Source of the DNA: Acidobacteriota bacterium
GTDB lineage: Bacteria; Acidobacteriota; UBA890; WLXD01
Reading direction: 5' to 3'
Assembly (NCBI GenBank): GCA_965248695.1
Contig: CBDFKD010000002.1
Location: 3,520,001 to 3,584,000 of the forward strand
Length of the DNA: 64,000 bases
Below, one piece after another: positions 39,994-49,800 of the stretch. Under the pieces are notes generated by a model. That model saw nothing but the letters and a program-made list of their open reading frames with translations. It made no database searches and was not told the origin of the DNA. Position numbers and translations under genes: made by a program. Positions within the stretch are counted from its first letter, which is position 1, and every line of letters begins with the position of its first letter.

Positions 39994-41232
39994 CTATCGA
40001 GGTCGGATGCGCCCGTCCATGTCGGGGATCACGAAGCTCGGATCGATGCGGCACGGCCCCTCGGCCAGGCCGAGGCTGACGACCAACTCGCAGGCGGATT
40101 GCACCGACTCGGGCGTCGGCTTTGTCCCCAGATCCATCCAGTCACGGAGGCCCTCCCAGGCGGCGACCCCCTCGGCGAGCGAGAAGCCGCAGTGGCTGGG
40201 CTCATCCTCCACCGTGATCAGGGTGCTCAGGTTGGCCTCCGGGACCAGTTTCGAGTATTCGCCGGCGTTCTCGACGATGATCAGATCGTCCTTGTCGGTG
40301 TGCAGCACCAGGACTTTCGTGTCACCGACCCGGCCGGTGGGGGTGTAGTTCTTGGTCAGCCGCCGTACTGCCCCTGCCTTGGGGTCGGCCCGCTCGATCG
40401 AGGCGTTGACGGCGGGGTCGCCATAGTCGACCTCGGCGTTGCCGATTCCCACCTTGCCCTTCATCTTCTGGCGATCATGGGTGAGGTCGGCCAGCCCGAT
40501 GGTCGAGTACCACAGGTCGGTCGAGACGAATTCGGCCGATACCTGCGCCACATCGACGAGTGTCTGCAGCCGCGCCCGCTGCGCCTTTGTACGCCGAGAG
40601 GGTTTCTTGTCGAGCCCGGTGCAGACGTTGAGCCGGTCGTCTATGTCGTCTGCAGTAAGCGTGGAGTCACTCGGTAGCCCCTCGGCACCACCAGGGATCG
40701 CGGCCCCTTCGACCGCTCCGCAGACGTTGTCGTACAGCAGGCGGAAGTCGAGCGCGCCGTCCCAGTTGCGGCTTCCGGCCAGCGGAGCACAGAGAAGTCC
40801 GGCGGCGACAACATTGCCGCCGATCCCTTTCTCGATCGCCTGCGCGGTGACGATGCCACCGAGCGAGGCGCCGTAGACGATGATCTCGCTCGGCTCACCG
40901 AAGTTGGCGCGGAACACGTTGACCAGGGCGCGCAGGTCCTTGACGGTCTTGAACACCGCCCATCCCGTGAGGCGGTAGCTGGATGCGGCGACGGCGTAGC
41001 CTTGACCGGTCTGCACCTGAACCAGCGGACCCAGATCGGGGAAGGCGGCCGGCGGCTCGACCGAGTACGCGTGGTTCCAGATCACCAGCTTGCCGTTCCA
41101 GTCGTCGGGCACCGTGATCAAGTAGTGCGCTCCGCCGGCAGTCTGCCCACCGATCAGCGTGTCGGCGGCAGCGATGGGAGGGCTGCTGAACATCGCGACA
41201 ACCGCGACGGCGATCACGGTTCGGCGTTTCAT
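39994..41232 (-). CDS. Secreted alpha/beta-hydrolase
   Basis: Signal peptide MKRRTVIAVAVV; WNGKLVIWNHAY, GASLGG nucleophile, DDLII, SHCGF. Confidence 0.85.
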   Translation of the reverse strand: MKRRTVIAVAVVAMFSSPPIAAADTLIGGQTAGGAHYLITVPDDWNGKLVIWNHAYSVEPPAAFPDLGPLVQVQTGQGYAVAASSYRLTGWAVFKTVKDLRALVNVFRANFGEPSEIIVYGASLGGIVTAQAIEKGIGGNVVAAGLLCAPLAGSRNWDGALDFRLLYDNVCGAVEGAAIPGGAEGLPSDSTLTADDIDDRLNVCTGLDKKPSRRTKAQRARLQTLVDVAQVSAEFVSTDLWYSTIGLADLTHDRQKMKGKVGIGNAEVDYGDPAVNASIERADPKAGAVRRLTKNYTPTGRVGDTKVLVLHTDKDDLIIVENAGEYSKLVPEANLSTLITVEDEPSHCGFSLAEGVAAWEGLRDWMDLGTKPTPESVQSACELVVSLGLAEGPCRIDPSFVIPDMDGRIRPR

Positions 41233-41234
41233 CT

Positions 41235-41513
41235 CCAGCAGACCGTGGTGGAAGTGTGGCGGGCCTGGTTGCGACGAGTTGGGGCCAGATGCAAGGCGGC
41301 CTGACGGAGGCGATGCCCTAGCCATCGTCGAGGAGAGCCTACGCCGCAGATGGCCCCAAATCGCCGCAACCCTGCGGGCGACAGGGGGTTGCGCGCGTAT
41401 ACTGCGTCGTTCGTCGTCAACGATGGGCTAACCATCGCCTCCTCCTCTCTCCTTGCCTCAACCTCGCAAGACCCTATCGCCAGGCCCGCCACACTTTCAC
41501 CACGGTCTGCTAG
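41235..41513. mobile_element. MITE-like element, long copy (279 bp)
   Basis: 34-nt terminal inverted repeats (2 mismatches) bounded by CCAG/CTAG; two internal inverted modules; no transposase. Confidence 0.88.
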
Positions 41514-41614
41514 CTCGTCGGGTTCAAAATACGGCGCTGACCGTCTCATGACGGGGACACATCACAATCTCGCGACCTTACCACCGCGACGGCACCGCGG
41601 GTTAAGCTGGAGCC

Positions 41615-41998
41615 ATGGACACTGGCATCCACACCTCGCTCAACACCGGGCACGAGCTCGACGTCGTCGATGACCGCGACGGGCTCGACACGCGGGTACT
41701 GCGCGCCGGCGACGAGCTCGTCGTGCAAACGGCGCACAGCGTCTACACGCTGGCGTTCGTGGATCCGGAGCAGGGCGAGGTGGAGGCCAGCGGCAGCGGC
41801 AACTTCATCAACGAGCACGTTGCGGCTCGGCTCCTCGGAACGACCCTCTCGGGCACCGGCACGGCGCTGCGCCGCGCCTTCGTGATGCCGGGGTTCAAGC
41901 TCGTGTTGCGGCTGGCCGAGGGCGAGCTGATGACCTCGCGGGTACGCCGAATCTTCGTCAACGGCGCGTCAGTCGAGAGCTCCAAGACCGTCCACTGA
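41615..41998 (+). CDS. Hypothetical protein
   Basis: GGAG RBS; 127 aa, beta-rich (LVVQTAHSVY...LMTSRVRRI). Confidence 0.75.
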   Translation: MDTGIHTSLNTGHELDVVDDRDGLDTRVLRAGDELVVQTAHSVYTLAFVDPEQGEVEASGSGNFINEHVAARLLGTTLSGTGTALRRAFVMPGFKLVLRLAEGELMTSRVRRIFVNGASVESSKTVH

Positions 41999-42814
41999 CG
42001 GCGCTCGACAGACGAGGTACTGGCGCCGAAGTAGCCAGCCACTCCAGACGAGCCCCGCGAGCATGACGCCGTAGCCGAGCGTCGTCGCCAACCAGGCGAT
42101 GGTGTGGTCGAACCGCAGCAGCCCGGTCCACGACAGCAAGTTGTTCCAGTCGTGGTATCCGGGACGATCCTGTCCGATGACCCCACCGAGCAGCGGCTGC
42201 ACCTGCTCGCTGGCGTCGTAGATGTACGGGCCGAGCCCGACGAGCGCCTGTCCACCCCACCAGACGGTCACCGCTGCACCGAACGTGTCACGGCGCGACA
42301 GCAGCAGCGCCAGGCCGCAGATCCACGGCACGCTGAGCTCCAGTAGAGAGCCGCCGAGCACCTGCAGGAAACGACCGAACATGCCGAACAGCGCATGACC
42401 TGCCTCGTGAAAGATCAGGTTGGCACCCGACAACGCGCGGAAGACGAACGTCGGTGGATCGGCGTTCGGACCGATGGCCCCCACGGTGGCCATGTCGAAG
42501 TTGCCCAGTAGCCACCAGGTGGTCTTGGCAAGCAGCACCACCAGCAGGCCGCGGGCAACGACGCCGGCGAGATGCAGGTCCCCCGGGACCTCCATGAGGG
42601 TCTCGCACCAGCGGTGAAGAGCCCGGACGCCGGCAACGGTCCATGCTCCCGAATCGGAATCCGAGGCAGAGGATCGGCGCGCCGACCGGCGCCTGGACCG
42701 CCGGGATGATCCACCGGCGGCTCGACTACGTCGGGAGCTCTCGAGGCGCTGCGCCCAGTCGGGAATTGCGACGATCTGCGGCGCTGACGTGCTTTCCGGG
42801 TTCGATCCGCTCAT
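41969..42814 (-). CDS. Membrane protein with HExxH (M50-like metallopeptidase candidate)
   Basis: IFHEAGH, several TM segments, YIYDA, HDWNNLL. Confidence 0.75.
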   Translation of the reverse strand: MSGSNPESTSAPQIVAIPDWAQRLESSRRSRAAGGSSRRSRRRSARRSSASDSDSGAWTVAGVRALHRWCETLMEVPGDLHLAGVVARGLLVVLLAKTTWWLLGNFDMATVGAIGPNADPPTFVFRALSGANLIFHEAGHALFGMFGRFLQVLGGSLLELSVPWICGLALLLSRRDTFGAAVTVWWGGQALVGLGPYIYDASEQVQPLLGGVIGQDRPGYHDWNNLLSWTGLLRFDHTIAWLATTLGYGVMLAGLVWSGWLLRRQYLVCRAPSVDGLGALD

Positions 42815-42871
42815 GCCACGGATTCTAGGAGGGCATCGGGCGCAGATCCTAGACGTTTCTTGGTGCAGCTC

Positions 42872-42900
42872 TTGATTGACTAAGTCGACTTAGCTAAGCT
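42872..42900 (+). promoter_or_regulatory. sigma70-like promoter with palindromic operator for vapBC
   Basis: TTGATT-N17-TAAGCT; palindromes CTAAGTCGACTTAG (42880-42893) and CTTAGCTAAG (42889-42898). Confidence 0.65.
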
Positions 42901-43013
42901 ACGCAACGGATTCACGCCCCTTTCGGGAGTCCGGGGCACTCTGCAGCCAGGGTGGCCCGGGCTCCACGCGTTGGACCCTGCCCCCGGCGCGACGCAGACG
43001 CGGGAGACCAGCG

Positions 43014-43244
43014 ATGCGGATCGTCAATATCCACGAGGCCAAGACCCACCTGTCGAAGGTGCTGGAACGGGTGGTCGCCGGCGAAGACATCATCATCGCC
43101 AAGAACGGCCAGCCGATCGCTCGCCTGGTACCGATCGGGGCGCGGCCGCGCCGGCCCGGCCGGCTGCAGGACAAGATCCACATCGGGCTGGATTTCGACG
43201 ATCCGCTACCGGAACCGGTCGGGAAATCGCTGCGCGGGGACTGA
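43014..43244 (+). CDS. Phd/YefM-family antitoxin
   Basis: VNIHEAKTHLSKVLERVVAGEDIIIAKNGQPIARLVP. Confidence 0.93.
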   Translation: MRIVNIHEAKTHLSKVLERVVAGEDIIIAKNGQPIARLVPIGARPRRPGRLQDKIHIGLDFDDPLPEPVGKSLRGD

Positions 43245-43247
43245 TCG

Positions 43248-43625
43248 TTGAGGTTGTTGCTCGACAGCCGCGCCTACCTGTGGTGGCTCATGGACGATCA
43301 CTCGCTGCCGCCGGCGGCGCGACAAGCGATCTCGGAACCACAGTCGGTCGTATTCGTAAGCGCCGCCACGATCTGGGAGCTGGGGATCAAGCAGCAGCTC
43401 GGTCGCCTGCGCGTGGAGGACGCCGACCTGGAGGCGGAGATCGTCGAGAACGACTTCCTGGAGCTACCGATGGAGGCGCGGCACGCGCAGCGGGCGGCGG
43501 CGCTGCCGCCGCACCATCCCGACCCGTTCGATCGTATGTTGATCGCCCAAACCCAGGCGGAGGGACTCGTCTGCGTCACCGGCGACGAGGAGTTCGCCGA
43601 GTACGGCATCGCCACCCTCTGGTGA
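43248..43625 (+). CDS. vapC: VapC PIN-domain toxin
   Basis: LLLDS..YLWW, SAATIWE, HHPDPFDRMLIAQ. Confidence 0.92.
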   Translation: MRLLLDSRAYLWWLMDDHSLPPAARQAISEPQSVVFVSAATIWELGIKQQLGRLRVEDADLEAEIVENDFLELPMEARHAQRAAALPPHHPDPFDRMLIAQTQAEGLVCVTGDEEFAEYGIATLW

Positions 43626-43641
43626 CCTCACGACTCGAATC

Positions 43642-46600
43642 TCAGAAGAGCGTCCCCTGCCCGCGTGCATGATCGGCGGCGGCGTCCCGGCTCGGACCGG
43701 TGACGTTGTCGCCCAAGTTTGGGCCGACGAGGTCGTCGACGAGCACGTTCGGACCGGTGAAATGCAACCGTACCCGTGCCGACCCGGCAACCGCGGCCGC
43801 CTGTCGATAGACCTGCGCCTGGGTCCGATACCCACCGGCTATCGCGGCCACCTCGTCGGCACCGATCTCGTGGGTCTTGAAGTCGACCACCCAGGTATCC
43901 GGGGCGCCGGGACGATACAGATCGAAGGCGCCAATACGCCAGTCGCGCGCCGCCACCAGGTGGAAGAACGTGAGCTCGCGGTAATGCTCGTCCTCGACAT
44001 ACCACTTCCATTCCTCCGACTGAACGATGCGCCGGATCTCGGCTTCAAGCGCGGCACGGTAGCGCGAGTGGGCGCTCATGAAGCGCTCCAGCTCGGGGTC
44101 GTCGAGGCCGCCGATGGTCTCGTCGAGAATAGCGGCCAGCTCGTCTTCCCGCTGGATGCGCTCGAGCACGCCGTGGATCAGCGTGCCGCGTACGGTCGGC
44201 CGGAGCTCACCGGTGTCACACCCGTCGAGCGGGCGGGCAAACTCGGCCGCTGCCTGCACCCCGTGGCGATACGAACGCTTCCATTCGTTCTCATCTCGCT
44301 CACGGGTCATGAGCTCGGTCGCCGAGTGCACGAACCTGAGCGGCGGGGCAACGATGGGCTCCAGCAGCCGGCTCTGACCCTCCACGCGGAGGTTGTCGAG
44401 CCAGTCGAGATCCACCGGCAACTCCTGGTCCCCTGGCGTCTCGGCGGCCTGCGCCTCGCGAACGAGCAACGGATTGCGGTCCACCCCGGCCTGCAGCCAG
44501 GCGCCGTAGCTGTTGTCGTCGCGGGCGCCAACGACCAGCAATCGATCGCGCGCTCGCGTCGTGGCCACGTAGAGCAATCGCGCCTCCTCGGCTCGATCCT
44601 CCAGCCGCTCGCGCTCGTGCAGGCGCTGGGCGCGAGCACCGCGCTCGGCCTTCGCCGGATTGAGCACCGGCCCGAGCTCACGGTCACTCCAGAACCGCCC
44701 GCCCGGATCCTGGCCGAGCTTGCGCCCGACGCCGACGAGGAAGACCACAGGCCACTCGAGCCCCTTGGCGCGGTGGATGGTGGTCAGGGTGACGACGTCG
44801 TCCTGATGGCTGTACAGCGGCGCCTGCGGCAGCCCGTTGTCCTGTTCGTCCCAGCGGTCCCAGACGTCGAGGAACGTGCCGATATCGAGGTCGCGGTGGG
44901 CTTCGCTGAACTGAATGAAGCTCTGAATGTTGGCGAGCTGTTCCTCGCGGCGCTGGCGTAGATGCAAGTGCAATCGGTAGCCGGTGTCGTCGAGCAGACC
45001 CGATAGCACCTCGTCGAGCGGCGCGCGATGCACCAGGGCGCGGGCGTGGTGCAGGGCGCGCAGGCCCCGTTCGAGAGCCAGACGCTCGATGGCGCTGATG
45101 CGAGCATCGTCGGGCGCCTCGTACCACTCGCCCTCGCGTAGGTAATGCTCGCACTGGTGCAGCAGGCCCTGGCCCGGCGTGGTGAGCCGAATGTGGGCAA
45201 TGACCTCGTCGCGCAGGCAAACGAACGGCGAGCGCAAGAACCCGAAGAGACGCAGATCGTCGTGTGGGTTACGAGTCAACCGCAGGGCGTTCAGCAGGTC
45301 GAGAATCTCCTGCCGATCGCCGAGATGCGGCGCTCCGGCAATGGTGTAGGGAACGCCGCGACGCCCCAACGCTGCCTCGAAATGCTCCAGCGCGGCGCGA
45401 CTGCGATACAGCACCGCGATATCCCGGTAGGCGATGGGCCGTCCGCTTCCCGGGTCATCGCCCGCCACTTCCTCGATCCCGACCATCTCCTCGATGCGCC
45501 CGGCAACCTGAGCCGCCTCGACCGCCGGATCGTTCTTGCCCCGGCCGCCCGTCTTCTCGGCAACCAACCACTCGAGGCGCGCGGTAGGAGTATCCGGGCG
45601 CGCCGCCACCAGCTGGCTGTAGCCGATGACGCTTTCGGGACTCTCGTGCGCCAGAGCAGCACCGACGTCCGCCATCGCGGCAGCCGTCGCGTCGTTCACC
45701 AGACCGATGATGGACGGCACGCAGCGGAAGTTCTCCGACAGCTGCATCACCTGCCCCTCGCAGCGCACCACCTCCTGTACCTGATTCCATACCGAGACAT
45801 CGGCGCCGCGGAACCGGTAGATGCTCTGCTTGGGGTCACCGACCAGAAACAATTGGGGTCGCGGTACTGCCGGCCCGCGGTCCAGGCCGGCGATGGCGAA
45901 GGCGATATCGCGCTGCGCGAAGTCGGTGTCCTGGAACTCGTCGATGATGAGGATGCGGTAACGCCGTCGGATGCTGGCAAGTGCCGCCCCTCCGGCGTCG
46001 CCGGTCAGCAGCGTACGCGCATCAAGGATCAGCGAGTCGAAGTCGCGCGCGTTGTCGCGCGCCAGGTGCGCCTCCCAGCGCTCCAGCGCCACCATCGCCA
46101 GGTGCAACAGGGCGTCGCAGTGTGACAACACCACCTCGTCCTGCCCGTCGTCCCAGGTACCGGCGAGGTCGCGCAACAGCTTCCGATCAAGCTGGCCATC
46201 ACGCCGCCACGTCGCATACCGGTCGCGATGCCAGCGCAGATCGGTCATCAGCGTACGCACGTGATCGATGGCCCCGCTGGTGTGCTGCCAGCCGCTGAGC
46301 TTGTGGCTGCGCAACAGGTCGGCGGTGCCGGAATCCTCGGCCTCGAGCGCCTCGTAGATCACACCGCGGATGATGTCGTCCTGGGCCGCCCAGGCCTCGC
46401 GCGAGTCGAGCACACCGAACGTCGGATCGATGCCGAGACGCAACGCATGATCGCGCAGCAGCTCGGCGCAAAACGAGTGGATGGTGCCAATGGAGGCACG
46501 ATCGATCTGCCAGCGCAGCTCCTCGGCACGCGGCGATGCCTCGATCACCTGGCGCAGCTTGCGTTTGAGGTCGTAGGCGGCCTTGTCGGTGAAGGTGATG

Positions 46601-46806
46601 GCGGCAACCTCGCGCAGCTCACAGGGATCGGCGCAAGGCGGCAGCAGGTTGCTTTCCCGATCCGGTGGCAAATCCAAGCCGAGCAGCCACTGGATCTTGC
46701 CGATCACCGTGGCGGTCTTGCCGGTACCGGCGTTGGCCTCAAGCATCGTGCTGCCGGTGGCGGTGATGGCGCTCGCCTGTTGCGAGGTCCAGCGCAGCTC
46801 AGACAT
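43642..46806 (-). CDS. addA: AddA-like UvrD helicase with C-terminal RecB-type nuclease
   Basis: ANAGTGKT, AITFT, DEFQDT, VGDPKQSIYRFRGA, TIHRAKGLE, YVATTRA; nuclease GTLIH, GAFD, DFKT. Confidence 0.9.
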   Translation of the reverse strand: MSELRWTSQQASAITATGSTMLEANAGTGKTATVIGKIQWLLGLDLPPDRESNLLPPCADPCELREVAAITFTDKAAYDLKRKLRQVIEASPRAEELRWQIDRASIGTIHSFCAELLRDHALRLGIDPTFGVLDSREAWAAQDDIIRGVIYEALEAEDSGTADLLRSHKLSGWQHTSGAIDHVRTLMTDLRWHRDRYATWRRDGQLDRKLLRDLAGTWDDGQDEVVLSHCDALLHLAMVALERWEAHLARDNARDFDSLILDARTLLTGDAGGAALASIRRRYRILIIDEFQDTDFAQRDIAFAIAGLDRGPAVPRPQLFLVGDPKQSIYRFRGADVSVWNQVQEVVRCEGQVMQLSENFRCVPSIIGLVNDATAAAMADVGAALAHESPESVIGYSQLVAARPDTPTARLEWLVAEKTGGRGKNDPAVEAAQVAGRIEEMVGIEEVAGDDPGSGRPIAYRDIAVLYRSRAALEHFEAALGRRGVPYTIAGAPHLGDRQEILDLLNALRLTRNPHDDLRLFGFLRSPFVCLRDEVIAHIRLTTPGQGLLHQCEHYLREGEWYEAPDDARISAIERLALERGLRALHHARALVHRAPLDEVLSGLLDDTGYRLHLHLRQRREEQLANIQSFIQFSEAHRDLDIGTFLDVWDRWDEQDNGLPQAPLYSHQDDVVTLTTIHRAKGLEWPVVFLVGVGRKLGQDPGGRFWSDRELGPVLNPAKAERGARAQRLHERERLEDRAEEARLLYVATTRARDRLLVVGARDDNSYGAWLQAGVDRNPLLVREAQAAETPGDQELPVDLDWLDNLRVEGQSRLLEPIVAPPLRFVHSATELMTRERDENEWKRSYRHGVQAAAEFARPLDGCDTGELRPTVRGTLIHGVLERIQREDELAAILDETIGGLDDPELERFMSAHSRYRAALEAEIRRIVQSEEWKWYVEDEHYRELTFFHLVAARDWRIGAFDLYRPGAPDTWVVDFKTHEIGADEVAAIAGGYRTQAQVYRQAAAVAGSARVRLHFTGPNVLVDDLVGPNLGDNVTGPSRDAAADHARGQGTLF

Positions 46807-49800
46807 CGAACCGGTTCCCCTCGGGCAGTCGGGCGGCGCTTCGAGCGACACCGCGATCGGGCTCGTACGCCGGCCACTCGCCCGCCCGGTGCGAGCGCAC
46901 CGGTTCGAACTTGCCGGCCCGGATACGACCCGGGATGCTGAGCGCGAATCGTAGCGCCGCCTCGTACTTGGCCTCGGTGCGACGGATCTTGCCGGCGTAC
47001 TGGGTGTACTTGCCGCCCCGTTTCTTTAGCGATCGATAGAACCCGATACCCACCCGATGGCCGGCGTTTTCCAGTGCCTGCATGTACAGTGGCGCCTGCA
47101 ACGCGGTGCCGTCGACATAGTCGTTGGCGGAGGGCGTCTTGCCGCTCTTGTAGTCGAGAACATTCGATATCGCCGACCCGTCGGGGCCAGGCGCGACGCC
47201 GTCCGTCAGGTCGACGCGATCGACACGGCCGCGAAGCCTCAACCAGGCGGCCTGACCGTCGGCGTCCTCGCCTTCGATGAGCACGCCTCCATCACCGCCG
47301 AAGTCATGCTCGATGAGGAACGGACGCTCGCCCTTATCGGCCATGTGCACGAGCTCCCAGGCGAGATACTGGCGCACACGTACGAGGATGGCGTCGCACT
47401 CTTGCTGCCACAGCAACGGCGCGCCGCTCCACTCGTCGCTGATCTCCCGATCGACAATGACCTCGGCAGCGGCCTCGGTGAACGCCGCTTCGGCGCGACG
47501 GTCGAAGTCACGCGGCACATCGTCTCTTAGCAGGCTGTAGAAGCGCTCGAGCAAATCGTGCGCCACGGCCCCGAACACCAATGGCGTGGTTTCCTCGTCG
47601 GCTTCCACCACCTCGTCGAGGCGCAGCACGCGCTTCACCAGGAACACGAACGGGTTGTTCGAGTAGTTCTGCAGGCCGCTGGCCGACCAGACCGTATCGG
47701 CGTCGAAGCGTGACGCCAGCATCCCGAGGACACGTGGATCGCGCAGCTCGCCGTTCCACGGATTCGGTCGATATGCCGGGTGCCCGATGTGCAGCGGCTG
47801 ATGGCCGGTGTCGCGATGCGACTCGGCGATCGCTACCAGCACCGCGTGCCGCACCAGATCTTCCGACGCCGGGGCGACCGACCGTTCGGCGCGGCTCTCG
47901 AAGAGCCGGTGCACGGCGAGACGATCCGCCTGCGCCACCGTCACCGGATCGTCCCAGGGGTCGCGCGTGCGCGGCAGCTCCGACCCGGGATCGTGCGGCG
48001 GCACCATCAGCGACGGCATGAGCGGGGTGCCCGACGGGTCGGCGGTGCGATAGCTGATACGAACGTCGCCGGTGCCGGTAACCGTCCGCCACAGCGCGCG
48101 CTCACGCCGCAGCGCCTGCTCGCGATGCACCAGCGGTAGCCCCTGGTCGCACAACCGCAGGCGTTCCTCATTCGACAGCACGCCGGCGACGGAAATGCGT
48201 CGCGGAAACGCGCCGTCGTTGGCGTGCATGACGAACACGTGTCGGAACGGCGTCAACGCTGCGTCGTGCGCCTCGAGCACCTGCACCCCCTTGTGCATCG
48301 GCGTCGTGATGCTCAGCTCGTTGGCCTCCAGCAGTCGTCGCAGTAACCCGTACCAGTCGGCGGGGCTGAGCGCCGCGTCGGGGTGATCGAGATCGGCCCA
48401 CTCCTGCAGCAGGCTCTCGGTCTGAACCAGGCCGCGTTGGTCGAGGCGAACCACGTCCCAGCGCCCCGCTACCGGCTCGCACAAACGGCGACGCAGCCCG
48501 AACAGGCCCTGGCGCAGCAGGTCGAGCGTCAGTTCGATCCACTCCCGCTCGCTTCGTGGCGCACCGAGCGGGTCGAGCGTGGCGCGTAGCGTGGCGAAAC
48601 GCTCCGCATTGCGCCGCATTCGATCTCTGGCCAGCCCGCTGCCCCATGTGGACCGATCGCCTCGGTCCACCTTGTCGGCAAGCTCGGCCAGCCGACGCTG
48701 CCATGCATCGAGGCCGACCAAACGCCGCTGCGTGGCGATGACGTCGATCGGACGCAGATCGATCTCGGTCTCGTAGTAGGCGCTGTCGAGGACGGCGCGC
48801 AGCGAACCATAGTCCCACCCTGAGGCCGCCCCTCGGAACGCTGACAGCAGGGCCTTTAGCGCGCCGATCTCGGTGAGCCGGGACCGGATCACGGCGGTAC
48901 AGGGAACTCCGGCGCTGCGCAGCGCGCGGTATGCCCGCCCGGTATCCTCGTAGCCGCTGCGAGCGACGACCGCCACCTGGTGGGGGCTGACAACGCCATC
49001 CACCAGCAACCGCTTCACCTCGCGCGCCATCCAGGCGACCTCGCGCTGCGTGTCAGGCACGGGCTGTACCAGCACCGCGCCGGTCTCGGTGCCGGCGATG
49101 TCCTCGACCTCGGCACTCAGCTCGCCAAGCTCCTCGGGCTCGGATTCGCCGAGGACGAACAGGTGGACGTCGACCTCCAGCTGAGCCGCCAGCGCGGTGA
49201 GCAGCCGGCGGCGCGATCGCGTCATATAGAGCCCGTACACCAGCAGTTGCGGCGCACCGCCGAGGGCCGACGTGAGTCCGCCCGCATCGATGCGGTCGGC
49301 GATCAACCCCCAGCTCGAGCGCATGTCGAACAGCTCGCGCTGCCGCAATTCGGCCAGGTAGGTGGAGTACGAGCCCACGATCCACTCGTTGCGTCGTCGC
49401 GCAAACGCATCGTCGCCAACGCAGGTCAGCGCCTCCTCGAGACGCGTCGGATCCACCCCCTCCGGAAGCAACTCGCCGAACAGCGCATCGAGCAGATGAC
49501 CGCGAGCAACTCCGTCGGTATGGCTGGGATCCTCCAGACCGGCGTGCCGCCCGACCCGTCTGGCCACCCGGCTGATCAACCGTCGTCGCGTCAGCAGCCC
49601 GACGGCCTTACCCTCGATCTCGAAGCAGCGATGCAGGTCGCGAAAGTCGGTGATCGGCGGCCCCAGCCAGCCCGCCACACCGCGCACCGCTGCTCGCTCC
49701 AGCAGCAGATCACGTTGGTTGCGGTGCGCGACCCAGAGGTGCGCCTCGAACCCGGACGGGCCGGCGTTGTCGCCGATCGCGTCGAGAAAGCGGTCCGCGC

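Noticed and set aside
23390-41513. The two repeat copies as ends of a composite transposon or att sites
   Set aside because: Each copy has its own complete TIR pair, and the intervening DNA is ordinary metabolic genes with no recombinase.
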